In this document: in pieces, positions 52,824-62,684 of the stretch
Layout of the letters: every line of letters begins with the position of its first letter
How positions within the stretch are numbered: position 1 is the stretch's first letter
Notes under the pieces: generated by a model
What the model was told of the DNA's origin: nothing
The model's database searches: none
What the model saw: the letters and a program-made list of their open reading frames with translations, nothing else
Translations under genes and position numbers: made by a program
From: Candidatus Cloacimonadales bacterium
GTDB taxonomy: Bacteria > Cloacimonadota > Cloacimonadia > Cloacimonadales > JAFGVF01
Direction of reading: 5' to 3'
Length of the DNA stretch: 64,000 bases
NCBI GenBank assembly: GCA_963677495.2
Contig: CAXXOU010000004.1
Coordinates: forward strand, 992,001-1,056,000

Positions 52824-53694
52824 TGAGAACCATCTCCTTGCATTTATCAACTTCCTCTTTGATTGTTAGGACATTATCAAAAGAGTTGGTAGTACTGAAT
52901 TTAGAGCCCAAAGTGTTAGCTTCACGATGCATCTCTTGAAGTATGAAATTCATAGTTTTACCGATGGGAGAGAGGTCAGCTTTTTCAATCGTATCCTTGA
53001 GTTTGTGGATATGATTTCTAAGACGTGTAATCTCTTCATTTATATCAGATTTATCTACATATATAGCTGTTTCAACTAAGATTCTCTTCTCGTTTTCCTC
53101 TGTAAGATGATCGTTCAGAAGCTCGATAACACGTGCTTTTAGTTTATCATGAATCTCAGTTTTATGCTCCTGAAAGTAGGCTTCAATTTCATCAATTGCC
53201 TTAAGCATCTTCCCCACTGATTCCAGGAAGAATTGCTGCATAGATTTTCCTTCAACAATTGCCATATCCTGATGCTTTGTGAGTGCTTGCTCTGCAACTT
53301 CCATGAATTTCCCTGAAAATTCAGAGCTTTCTAAGTCTTCGCTTTCCAACACAATAAGATCACTCTTTTGAAGTAGTTCATTAATGTCCGGATTGTACTC
53401 ACGATTGAGATGTTTAGCAATATCAGAACCGAGTTTATAGTACATATTAAGCTTGTTAAAATCAACTTCAGCTTGTGGAATTCGTTTGTCTTTATAGTTC
53501 ACGCGAACTTCAACTGTACCACGAGAAATCCTACTCTGCATAAGCTTTCTAATTGGCAGGTCAAGATACGTAAGTTCATTTGGAAAGTATAATTTAAGGT
53601 CTAAGAATCTGTTATTTACAGATCTAATCTGTAGTTCTATATCAAACTGGTCACTTGTATAAGAGCTTTTACCGAAACCGGTCATGCTTTTCAT
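52813..53694 (-). CDS. yicC: YicC/YloC-family endoribonuclease
   Basis: SMTGFG, RSVNNRFLD, ISRG, DINEEITRL, QEMHREANTLGSK; ATG 53694 follows AGGAG. Confidence 0.93.
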   Translation of the reverse strand: MKSMTGFGKSSYTSDQFDIELQIRSVNNRFLDLKLYFPNELTYLDLPIRKLMQSRISRGTVEVRVNYKDKRIPQAEVDFNKLNMYYKLGSDIAKHLNREYNPDINELLQKSDLIVLESEDLESSEFSGKFMEVAEQALTKHQDMAIVEGKSMQQFFLESVGKMLKAIDEIEAYFQEHKTEIHDKLKARVIELLNDHLTEENEKRILVETAIYVDKSDINEEITRLRNHIHKLKDTIEKADLSPIGKTMNFILQEMHREANTLGSKFSTTNSFDNVLTIKEEVDKCKEMVLNVE

Positions 53695-53911
53695 ATATGT
53701 TATCTCCTGAAAATTCAATTATATCTATTGAATTCAAATAGGGTATTTGGGCAAGATAAATTTCATCATGTCACAAAATCCCATTTTTGGGTGTCTGAAA
53801 AACGCGTTTTTTAAGACTTAGTAATGATATATGTCTACTTAATGCGAAAAAACGCAAATTTCAGCGTCATGAATTTAGGACTAATGGGGGAAAGTTGAGT
53901 TTTTTTTCTGT

Positions 53912-54020
53912 ACCTTCGTAATGGTTGAGTTTGCGAATCCTTGCGAATGGTGCACTTCGAAGGAGTAGACGTTGCGATACAGGAGAACCATTTCCAAGAT
54001 CTGTGACCATTGAAAAGGAT
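53912..54020. repeat. Degenerate REPIN of family D
   Basis: ACCTTCGTAATGGTTGAGTTTGCGAATCCTTGCGAATGGT with inverted partner ACCATTTCCAAGATCTGTGACCATTGAAAAGG. Confidence 0.8.
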
Positions 54021-54110
54021 CGGCACAAAAAAAAACTGATACTAACAACACATTCATAACTATCAACATTTAATCATCTGACTATCCACAACATAGCTAA
54101 AACCTTTACA

Positions 54111-54140
54111 AGTTTACATAACGTATATTATTTATAAACT
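54111..54140. other. dif-like Xer recombination site candidate
   Basis: AGTTTACATAA-CGTATA-TTATTTATAAA fits the CATAA-N6-TTAT core; right arm diverges from canonical XerD site. Confidence 0.4.
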
Positions 54141-54377
54141 ATATATCTGTAAATGGGGAGAGGGCTGATTCTCTTTCCTCTCTCCCATGGCATCTAAGAT
54201 TTGAGCTGAATTAAGAGCTTTTCTGTTTTCAATCAGACTTCCGATATGACTTTGTATCTAAAAGTGAAAATTCAACCGGTTTTATTCGTGCATGGATTAA
54301 TCTACGTATTACATATCAAGATCGATTCCGGTATTTGAATCAATCTTATGAATCTCTCTAACATCTCTGATACTTTA

Positions 54378-54447
54378 CCAGGGGTCAACCACGGGTTGAC
54401 GACGGGTTTACCACGGCTCCCGTGGTTAGACCGTGGATTACCCTTGG
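54378..54447. repeat. 11-bp phased two-arm array with CCACGG/CCGTGG core
   Basis: Left arm at 54378, 54389, 54400, 54411; inverted arm at 54420, 54431, 54442. Confidence 0.85.
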
Positions 54448-54682
54448 AATATGCGTGGTTAAATCTCATATTTGTAGATATCATCTGATCTAAATCTCTA
54501 ATTATGATCGTCTGGTTTGATATGCAATGTACATCACTTTTAGATTAACTAATTATAACTGTGATAAGCATTGATAATATCTGAAATAGAATACTTAGTA
54601 TTTGATATATAGATGTATCTGTGTGGATAGGTAAACTTTGATCTACCTCTACCCTATTTCAGCTTCTAAGTAATTTGCAACA

Positions 54683-55156
54683 TCAATCATAGATTTTAAA
54701 ACCAAATGACCTACTATACTTAGCAAGTTTTTTACCTGATTGTTTATCAATGATATCAACCCAATATAGGTGCGTTCCTTTTTCATTACCAACATAGATA
54801 GCTAATGCATAAGCGAAATTCTCTTTGGTTTTAGCATCAATCCCGTTCCATATTATTCTGGATATGTAAGCTTTGTTTAGGCTAGAATCAATTTCTAAAT
54901 ATCCCATTTCAATCTGTTCCTCGATTCCTTTTAATTGTTCTCTTGTTAGAGATAATTTTGAACTAAAGGATTTTGAAGAAGCACTTTCATCAGGGAAATG
55001 TACTATCTTTATTGTAAAAGCAATTACTGCGATAATGAAAAATAGTACAAACAACCCACCACAACCTAATCTCTTAACTTTCACACCACAATAAGGACAT
55101 TTTTCAGCTTTACTACTAATTTCGTTTTGACACTCCTTACACTTAATAATTGCCAT
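54683..55156 (-). CDS. Zinc-ribbon membrane protein
   Basis: CKEC..ISSKAEKCPYCG then one TM helix; ATG 55156 follows AGGAGG. Confidence 0.8.
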   Translation of the reverse strand: MAIIKCKECQNEISSKAEKCPYCGVKVKRLGCGGLFVLFFIIAVIAFTIKIVHFPDESASSKSFSSKLSLTREQLKGIEEQIEMGYLEIDSSLNKAYISRIIWNGIDAKTKENFAYALAIYVGNEKGTHLYWVDIIDKQSGKKLAKYSRSFGFKIYD

Positions 55157-55340
55157 CCCATCCTCCTTAACCCTTACAATATTAATCCGTTCAAAATATG
55201 TCAAATAGATAATTATTATCATACTTTAAAACACTCTTAAGTAGTTGCTAATTAATGTTATTAACTAACATATTATCCTTGCCAAAAACACCTCAATCTG
55301 ATACAATAGTACCATAAATTATTAACACAAGGAGAGTTAA

Positions 55341-55946
55341 ATGTACTATTCACTCAAGATATTCCCGGCATACTGGGAAGTTCTTGAACCAGACATCAAG
55401 CTGATTGATCGCATGACAGGGTTCAACAATATTGAAGAAGCATTGTATCATCCGGACGAGAGTATTCCGCTCATCAGATTGCATTTTGCTAATAAGGTCA
55501 TCGATTGCAATCTCATCAGAAATGCAGGTGTCATGGATTGTTGCAGCTATGATACTCGGGCTTATGAACTGGCTGAAATGGAGAGAACCAACGGTCTAAA
55601 CCTGATGCGTATCTATCATGATTACAAGGACAAGATTGATAAACGCAGAGGGAGTCTTACCGATGCTGAGATTGGTTATTACGAGGAGAAGATGAGAAAG
55701 ATAAAGCAGATTATCACCAGAATACTTTATACCGATAACGAGATAGATTCACTTGTAAAGCGAAGCAAGCATAATGCTCATTGTGCAATCAAACGAGCAA
55801 TGAAGAAACTAAAAGTTGAAGCACCATTACTTCACAACTACCTCTCCCTCACTCTAACTATGGGCTATTGGATAAAAAATCAACCGGATTTAGACCCTGA
55901 CTTCGAACTCTTCATAAGAGAAGCTAACAATTCCTTGGCAAGTTAA
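55341..55946 (+). CDS. Hypothetical 201-aa protein
   Basis: RBS AAGGAG; upstream TTGCCA-N17-TACAAT promoter-like match. Confidence 0.75.
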   Translation: MYYSLKIFPAYWEVLEPDIKLIDRMTGFNNIEEALYHPDESIPLIRLHFANKVIDCNLIRNAGVMDCCSYDTRAYELAEMERTNGLNLMRIYHDYKDKIDKRRGSLTDAEIGYYEEKMRKIKQIITRILYTDNEIDSLVKRSKHNAHCAIKRAMKKLKVEAPLLHNYLSLTLTMGYWIKNQPDLDPDFELFIREANNSLAS

Positions 55947-56191
55947 GAGGACGGTTCAAACCGTGATGAGGACACTTTGATTTTTCAATCTGTCCTTCAT
56001 CTTGATATTTATTAAAGGTAATAGTTATGATATTCAATTCCCAAAAATACAGATTGTTAGATGAAATCTAATTGCATTATTGATATATTTGTAATAGTAA
56101 GTTGGCAATTTATGTGTGCAAGTGTACTTGGTATGTTGTATTGGCTGATTATTAGCGGTATTGAGAGCTGGACGGATGATAGACTTACCCC

Positions 56192-56412
56192 ACCTTTGGA
56201 ATGGTTGAGTTTTGCGAGACCTTGCAAATGGTGGGATCAAAGGAAGAAACACCTTACCTTTGGAATGGTTGAGTATGCGAGACCTTGCAAATGGTGGGAG
56301 TTTGCAATATATACAATTGTTTACAAGAGAACCATTCGCAAGGTCTATGGACCATTCCGAAGGTAGAATTACAAGAGAACCATTCGCAAGGTCTATGGAC
56401 CATTCCGAAGGT
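56192..56412. repeat. REP cluster, family D, downstream of the RAYT
   Basis: Two ACCTTTGGAATGGTTGAGT..GCGAGACCTTGCAAATGGT units and two inverted ACCATTCGCAAGGTCTATGGACCATTCCGAAGGT units. Confidence 0.92.
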
Positions 56413-56443
56413 AGTATACTGAATATTAGGAAGTCCGAAGATT

Positions 56444-56962
56444 CTAATATTCTAATTCTTCTGCTTCTTTACCTGATTTGTAATAGTTCAAAATATCGAG
56501 ATATGCACTCAATGAATCAAAAGAATCATAATAGAACTTAGTATAAACTATCTCACTCTTGAAATAATTCAGAGAACAAAACTGTCTTTGGAATTTGTTT
56601 TGGGGATTCGTGTGAATGTAGTTTATCGTAGTTTCAAGGTATGAATCATTTCTTAGTTCCTTGAATTTAACAGTGCTTTCAAAAAGAGTTCCTTTTCTAC
56701 AGTATTTCTTATTATAATATTGGGTATAGGTGTTGAATACGTACTGGAACCATTTATATATTCTTTGTGTTCCCCTCTGTTGAACAAGAAAGTGGTAATG
56801 ATTAGGCATTAAAGCAAATGCAATAATATTAACAAAATCTTGGTGTTTCGATTCTTTAATAATCTGTATAAGTGTTACATAATCACTCTTTTCTGAGAAT
56901 ATCAACCCTTTATTACATCCCCTATTAAAAGCATGATAGAAACAACCTTCTTCAGTAAACAT
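56444..56962 (-). mobile_element. REP-associated tyrosine transposase (RAYT, IS200/IS605 TnpA superfamily)
   Basis: YHAFNRG, LMPNHYH (HUH), GTLFE, YIHTNP; ATG 56962 follows GGAGG; REPs on both sides. Confidence 0.92.
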
Positions 56963-57024
56963 ACAACCTCCATAATTATTTTGTAAGAATATAGGTAGAT
57001 GCTTGTCAATAAAAAACACACCCC

Positions 57025-57133
57025 ACCTTTGGAATGGTTGAGTATGCGAGACCTTGCAAATGGTGGGAGTTTGCAATATATACAATTGTTTACAAGAGAA
57101 CCATTCGCAAGGTCTAAGGACCATTCCGTAGGT
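57025..57133. repeat. REPIN, family D, upstream of the RAYT
   Basis: Near-identical direct repeat of 56256..56364. Confidence 0.92.
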
Positions 57134-57239
57134 GTATCCAGAATGGCACTTTTAGAAAGTCAAAGGTCTATTCTAAAGATGGTTTATTGTTTAAAATGCT
57201 CTCCTTATCTTTGGAGTCAATCAGATCGCTCCAGTACAA

Positions 57240-57626
57240 AACCATCCATCAAAACGCAATCATCCCACTGCTTTCCCACTGTGCACGCACAGTGATCCCA
57301 GTGAAACAGTGGGTTGGCAGTGCCTTCACAGTGGGGACACAGTGCGTGCACAGTGGGTTGTTGAAAAGTGCAGTAAAAGTGAGAAAAAGGGGCAATGAAT
57401 GTAGCTAAGTTATTGCAAAAGGCACTGTGTATGTTAATCTAAAGCTGTCGCAATAGCGACCGAAGGGAGATGGGCGAATAGCGAAAAGTGGTAAGAGTAC
57501 ACCACTATGAGTCCAACTCCTGATAGTCGCTATGACTTCAATGGTGTCATTCTAGGAAGTCCGTTGCCTTATCAGGCCGACAAACTCCCTGAAATGCGCT
57601 AAGTTATTGCAAATTGCACTGTCTAA
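57240..57626 (-). repeat. Modular dispersed element, family C, copy 3 (inverted)
   Basis: Reverse complement carries the same modules and phased array as copies 1 and 2. Confidence 0.92.
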
Positions 57627-57753
57627 GCAAATCTCATTGAAAATATAGATTTACTAATCACCTCTCCCCTTTCACTAATGATTGAATATTAGTCATTTGC
57701 ATTTCCTACTAAATCACTATACTATAATCAAAACGAGCATTCAGGAGGAAACA

Positions 57754-59865
57754 ATGAGATATAGATTACTATTCATAATGTTAATGATACTAAGTTCATC
57801 ATGGGCTATGTGGGAAAGGACCAATGGTCCTGATGGTGGAGATATCCAAAAAATAATTGAATATAATGGTTATGTATTTACTATAACCGGTGGAACAATG
57901 GGTCAAAATGGTTCAGTATATAGATCTGATAATGAAGCCGAGAGTTGGGATTTAATCAGTTCCAATTTCAATATTAATTACGGGGTAACAGATATTGTTA
58001 CAAATGAGATGTATATATTTGCAGGAACTAAGGGTTTTGGAATCTATAGAAGCAGTGATTCAGGTGATTCCTGGACACATATTGAAACAATTAGTGATCT
58101 CCTCCAAACCGATGTGAGACATATGTATGCTGATAATAATGTTTTGATAGTAGCTACCTATACAAGTGGAATCTACTACTCAATGGATAATGGTGATACC
58201 TGGTCAATGATGGGGCAACTACTCACAGGTGGGTCCAATACTGTAAACGCTATTATCTCGCATAATGATACTAAGTATATCGCCACTCACGGTGGTGTAT
58301 ATAAATTTGAAAATCAAGCATGGTCTCATATTACAGAGATTACTGAAGAGTACATTCGAGATATCAAACCTTTAGCAGAATATCTTTTTTTAGCAACAAC
58401 AGATTCGATATATCGCTTCAATCCAGCTGATCTTACGTTTGAGAATACAGGTATGAACGGTTCCGATTGGATATATATACATAATGATACAATTTATACA
58501 TCAGATTACCAGATAATTAACTATTCAAGTGATTTGGGTTCTAATTGGAATTCCCTGACAATGAGTACATTGAATCAATATGCAAGATGCACTGCTTTTT
58601 ATATAGGAGAAGATTACTGGCTGAGTGGAAATGGTGTTTATAACATCTACAAATCAGTAGACGATGGATCTACATGGGAGAATTCAGCTAAAGGAATAAC
58701 AAATATAAACACACATGATTTCGCAATCTATCAAAATGAGCTGTATGCTGTAACAGAGTTTGCTGACTTCGGTAGAATCTATAGAACATCAAATCAAGGT
58801 GAAGACTGGATTCATTCAGATATAACTACTGATCAGCTTGGTTATATTTCAATATATGCCGGTGAAGATTTCATGCTTGCAGGTTCATTTGGAAATGGAA
58901 TATATAGGTCTGAAAATGGTTTAGACTGGTCTCCTCTTGGCTTTGTAAATAGTCCTATGTCCTATCCAACTGAGATCATTGAACATAATGGAGCTATCTA
59001 TACAGGTGCTTTAGGATTTAATATAGATATCTATAAGAGTAGTGATAATGGCTTTTCTTTCCAATCCTTAAATGTACCCGGGGCAGGTGATATTCATGCA
59101 TTATATTCTCAGAATGGGGTTCTCTATTACGGACGAACTGACGGTATGTACATGAGTGCTGATGATGGAATGTCATGGCAAAGTGTCGGAACATCCGAGT
59201 TTGATAATCTATTTATTAGAGGTATTGAGATCTTTAATGGGAAAATTTATGCTACAACTGTAGCCAGTTTAATTGTTCTTAATGATAATGATGAATGGGA
59301 AGAAGTTGAGCTGGGTGGAGACTATTGGATATCTTCCATTGAAAAGGTTGAAGATAAACTTCTGGTTGGAACCCGAGAAGACGGAATTTTCGAGATTAAC
59401 ACAGATGGTGTGATTAGCAACTTTAGTTCAGGATTACCGTTTGGGGCAAATGGAGTATATCCTAGAGTTTTGTCTATCTACTCTGATGATAGTTATGCAT
59501 ATCTTAGTGCTGAAATGTATGGAGTATATAGAATTCCTTTAGATGAAGTTGATATCGAAGAGAACATTTTAGAAAATAACAGAGTGAGTACGCGAGTATA
59601 TCCCAATCCGTTTAACGTTTCATTAGATAACAACATATCAATTGAACTAGACTTGAAGAGAAATTCAGAAGTAAAGGTTGAAGTATTCAACATACTTGGA
59701 CAAAGAGTTAAGACTATCAAATCAAATCAGATGAAATCGGGTCTAAGTTCAATGACATGGGATGGAAGAACAGATAAGAAGAATGAGAGTTCTTCAGGAA
59801 TATACTTCATCAAAACATCTGTTGATGAAGATGTAGGTGTTGAGAAGTTGATAATCGTAAAATAG
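57754..59865 (+). CDS. Secreted BNR/Asp-box beta-propeller protein with C-terminal FlgD/T9SS-type Ig domain
   Basis: Repeated S.D.G..W Asp boxes; YPNPFN..FNILGQ.V..WDG..SSGIYF; ATG 57754 follows AGGAGG. Confidence 0.88.
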   Translation: MRYRLLFIMLMILSSSWAMWERTNGPDGGDIQKIIEYNGYVFTITGGTMGQNGSVYRSDNEAESWDLISSNFNINYGVTDIVTNEMYIFAGTKGFGIYRSSDSGDSWTHIETISDLLQTDVRHMYADNNVLIVATYTSGIYYSMDNGDTWSMMGQLLTGGSNTVNAIISHNDTKYIATHGGVYKFENQAWSHITEITEEYIRDIKPLAEYLFLATTDSIYRFNPADLTFENTGMNGSDWIYIHNDTIYTSDYQIINYSSDLGSNWNSLTMSTLNQYARCTAFYIGEDYWLSGNGVYNIYKSVDDGSTWENSAKGITNINTHDFAIYQNELYAVTEFADFGRIYRTSNQGEDWIHSDITTDQLGYISIYAGEDFMLAGSFGNGIYRSENGLDWSPLGFVNSPMSYPTEIIEHNGAIYTGALGFNIDIYKSSDNGFSFQSLNVPGAGDIHALYSQNGVLYYGRTDGMYMSADDGMSWQSVGTSEFDNLFIRGIEIFNGKIYATTVASLIVLNDNDEWEEVELGGDYWISSIEKVEDKLLVGTREDGIFEINTDGVISNFSSGLPFGANGVYPRVLSIYSDDSYAYLSAEMYGVYRIPLDEVDIEENILENNRVSTRVYPNPFNVSLDNNISIELDLKRNSEVKVEVFNILGQRVKTIKSNQMKSGLSSMTWDGRTDKKNESSSGIYFIKTSVDEDVGVEKLIIVK

Positions 59866-59875
59866 GTTTTACAAG

Positions 59876-59902
59876 AAATGGGGATGATAATCATCCCCAT
59901 TT
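59876..59902 (+). terminator. Intrinsic terminator
   Basis: AAATGGGGATGAT-a-ATCATCCCCATTT hairpin. Confidence 0.7.
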
Positions 59903-60074
59903 AAATTAAGTTTTTGACAGTCAATCCTTACAAATCCAAAAGCTTTGCCTTCCCAAAGTTCAGTCTCAGGATTCTCTAAGGTTAGTATCAAGTTTATTAA
60001 TCAAGTCAATTATTCCTTGACTTTCATTTTGTAACAGTATATCTTCTAATCATCAATTATCTGAAGGAGTATGT

Positions 60075-62606
60075 ATGAAGAAGCTTTTACCACTGTTATT
60101 CGTCTTTGTGTTATGTAACACTTTGCTTGCAAACATTACTCGTATACAGGGACAAGGAACATCTGATTCACCGTTCCTGATATCTTCCATAGACGATATT
60201 ATAGACATTCAAAACTCATATTTTCAATTTGCTCAAGATATGCATTATTTGCAGGTTCAAGATTTTGCTATTGACCCATCTGCCTCATATTTAGCCAATA
60301 ATCCTTTGTTTGGACACTCTAATAATTTTGCAGGAGTTTATGATGGTGGAAACTATAACATTGATTTCCAGAATATTAACGGATGGACTTCTCTTTTCGG
60401 TACAACTTCTGGAGCTCATTTAATGAACATAAACTTAGTTAATATCAACTATGAGGCTATATCCTATCAAAGTCCCTTTGTAAACAATGCTATTCAAACT
60501 CTTTTTGAAAACTGTAGTGTAACCGGAACAATAAATCTTTCAGGAGATGCCGGGGGAATAGTAAACATTAATCAAGGAAGCACTATCTCTAATTGCTTTG
60601 TGAATATTGCTTTTGTTGGTGGACCTTATGCTGATGCATACAATGTTGCAGGTATTTGTTGTTCTGGATTTAATACTAATATCAGTAACTGCTTCGTTGT
60701 AGGTGAAATGCACAATACCAATGGTAGCGGGATTATAGATACTATAACAGAAGGTATAACTCCAGGAGAAACAAATCTTCATAACAATTATGTGTGTATC
60801 GATAATGTTAATAGTAGTGTAAGTGCAATGATTGGTGGCATTTGGGATAACTCAGGTCTAAATATAAGTAACAATGTTTGGAATTCAGAGCTAAACACAA
60901 CCAACCAGAGTCAGTTCAATCTAAACTTCTCAAGTTCAGAGTTGTTAGCATCAAATAACGCAGATATGCGCTTAGCTTCTACATTCACATCTATTGGTTG
61001 GGATTTCGTAGGGGAAATTGTTAATGGTAGTGACGATTATTGGTCAATAAGCCCTCAATACAATAATGGTTTCCCATACCTAACTGCTTTCAATCCTTTC
61101 ATAACTGATTTTGAAGCTGATAGTACTTCTGTTTTTGTCGATTCACAAGTCCAGTTTACAGATTTATCAGTAGGTGGAGCGAGTAATTGGAGTTGGGATT
61201 TTGATAATGATGGAGTAATTGACAGTGAGTTACAAAATCCGACTTACTCCTATTCTTTTCCTGGAACATATTCTGTAAACCTTACTACCACTTCTTCAGA
61301 TGATTCATTGAGTCTTGTTAAAACAGATTATATTGCTGTGAATCCATTACCACAACCGGATCAATATTGTGCAACTGAGAGTTTAGATTTTGGTTCAGTT
61401 TTTGACTCACAATCCAATACATTATCGATTTTGATTCAAAACATTGGAGGTGTTGAATTAGTTGTAAACAGTATCGAATCAACCGATCCTGCATATTCTG
61501 CATCTGTAAGTCAAATGGGAATACCTTTCAATGTCAGTACAGGAAGTTCACAAGATGTGGAAATAACATTCCAGCCAACAACAAATGGTGTGGTTTCGGC
61601 TACACTAACGATAAATACCAACGACCCTATAAACCCAAATCACACAATACAACTTACCGGGATAGGTCATGATCTTGTCGCAGATTTTCAAGGTGATCCA
61701 CAATCTGGGGATGTACCACTAAGTGTACAGTTTGCTAACTACTCTACAGGTACAATCATCAGTTATTTATGGGATTTTGGTGATGGTACAACTTCGACTG
61801 ATGAGTTTGGGTTTCATGAGTATCAAGTCCCGGGTACATATTCAGTATCGTTAACAGTATTTGATGCAAATCATCAGGTAACTCATATTGAAACAGACTA
61901 TATTGTAGTTAATGACTATGCAAATATAAGCACGAATCTATTGACGATTGATTTCGGTACTATCTATCTTTCATCAGCTTCCAGAGATACAACGGTTATT
62001 ATAACTAATACAGGTGTATCCGGATTACAAGTAACGGATGTAACTATAAATTATATAATGGGTAATAATGGATTCACTTTTGATTATCCTAATATGTATG
62101 AAACGATAATAGAAAATGCAACAAGCAATATGCAAATAACATTTAGCCCGGATAATGTCGGTGAATATCAATCTGAAATTGTTCTTACAAACAACTCTAA
62201 TGCTTCTCCGACTCATTCCATCTCGTTAACAGGTATCTGCGAATACAATCCTCCCAAAAATCCACAAAATGTGCAAATTACTACATCAGGTAATGATGCA
62301 ATCATAAGTTGGGATAATGTGACAGAAGATATCTTCAATAATCCAATAACACCTAACGGATATATCGTATTGTATAATGAGTCAGCGAGTACTGATAATG
62401 ATGACTACTACTTCCTCCACTATGTAAGTAGTGATTCTGTCTTCACTCATCAAAATGTTGGGTATTTCAGAGATCAGATGTACTACAGAGTTGAAGCATA
62501 TATAAGTTATAGTCCTCTTAGAACAAATGTCCTTAATGACTTAAATTCAACGAATAAAATTATAATGTATAAAGATATAGATACATACATTGAGAAACGA
62601 AAATAA
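60075..62606 (+). CDS. Secreted GLUG-like/PKD/Ig multi-domain surface protein
   Basis: Signal peptide; GWDF..W..NNGFPYL block; two PKD domains (WDFDNDG, WDFGDG); two LDFG-type Ig domains; FN3-like end. Confidence 0.85.
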   Translation: MKKLLPLLFVFVLCNTLLANITRIQGQGTSDSPFLISSIDDIIDIQNSYFQFAQDMHYLQVQDFAIDPSASYLANNPLFGHSNNFAGVYDGGNYNIDFQNINGWTSLFGTTSGAHLMNINLVNINYEAISYQSPFVNNAIQTLFENCSVTGTINLSGDAGGIVNINQGSTISNCFVNIAFVGGPYADAYNVAGICCSGFNTNISNCFVVGEMHNTNGSGIIDTITEGITPGETNLHNNYVCIDNVNSSVSAMIGGIWDNSGLNISNNVWNSELNTTNQSQFNLNFSSSELLASNNADMRLASTFTSIGWDFVGEIVNGSDDYWSISPQYNNGFPYLTAFNPFITDFEADSTSVFVDSQVQFTDLSVGGASNWSWDFDNDGVIDSELQNPTYSYSFPGTYSVNLTTTSSDDSLSLVKTDYIAVNPLPQPDQYCATESLDFGSVFDSQSNTLSILIQNIGGVELVVNSIESTDPAYSASVSQMGIPFNVSTGSSQDVEITFQPTTNGVVSATLTINTNDPINPNHTIQLTGIGHDLVADFQGDPQSGDVPLSVQFANYSTGTIISYLWDFGDGTTSTDEFGFHEYQVPGTYSVSLTVFDANHQVTHIETDYIVVNDYANISTNLLTIDFGTIYLSSASRDTTVIITNTGVSGLQVTDVTINYIMGNNGFTFDYPNMYETIIENATSNMQITFSPDNVGEYQSEIVLTNNSNASPTHSISLTGICEYNPPKNPQNVQITTSGNDAIISWDNVTEDIFNNPITPNGYIVLYNESASTDNDDYYFLHYVSSDSVFTHQNVGYFRDQMYYRVEAYISYSPLRTNVLNDLNSTNKIIMYKDIDTYIEKRK

Positions 62607-62626
62607 TCTTTCAAGCATATAAAAAG

Positions 62627-62658
62627 AGCTAGTAGGATAAAATCTTGTCCTACTAGCT
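62627..62658. terminator. Hairpin between convergent genes
   Basis: AGCTAGTAGGA..TCCTACTAGCT. Confidence 0.7.
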
Positions 62659-62684
62659 TAAACTTCTAGATTAAGAACTAATTA

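Noticed and set aside
56192..56412. Possible CRISPR mini-array
   Set aside because: Units occur in both orientations, lack regular unique spacers, flank a RAYT, and no cas genes are present.
56034..57295. Short ORFs 56034..56252, 56061..56366, 56212..56541, 56999..57295 and the N-terminal extension of 56444..57124
   Set aside because: Translations of REP sequence; the RAYT has a good RBS at ATG 56962.
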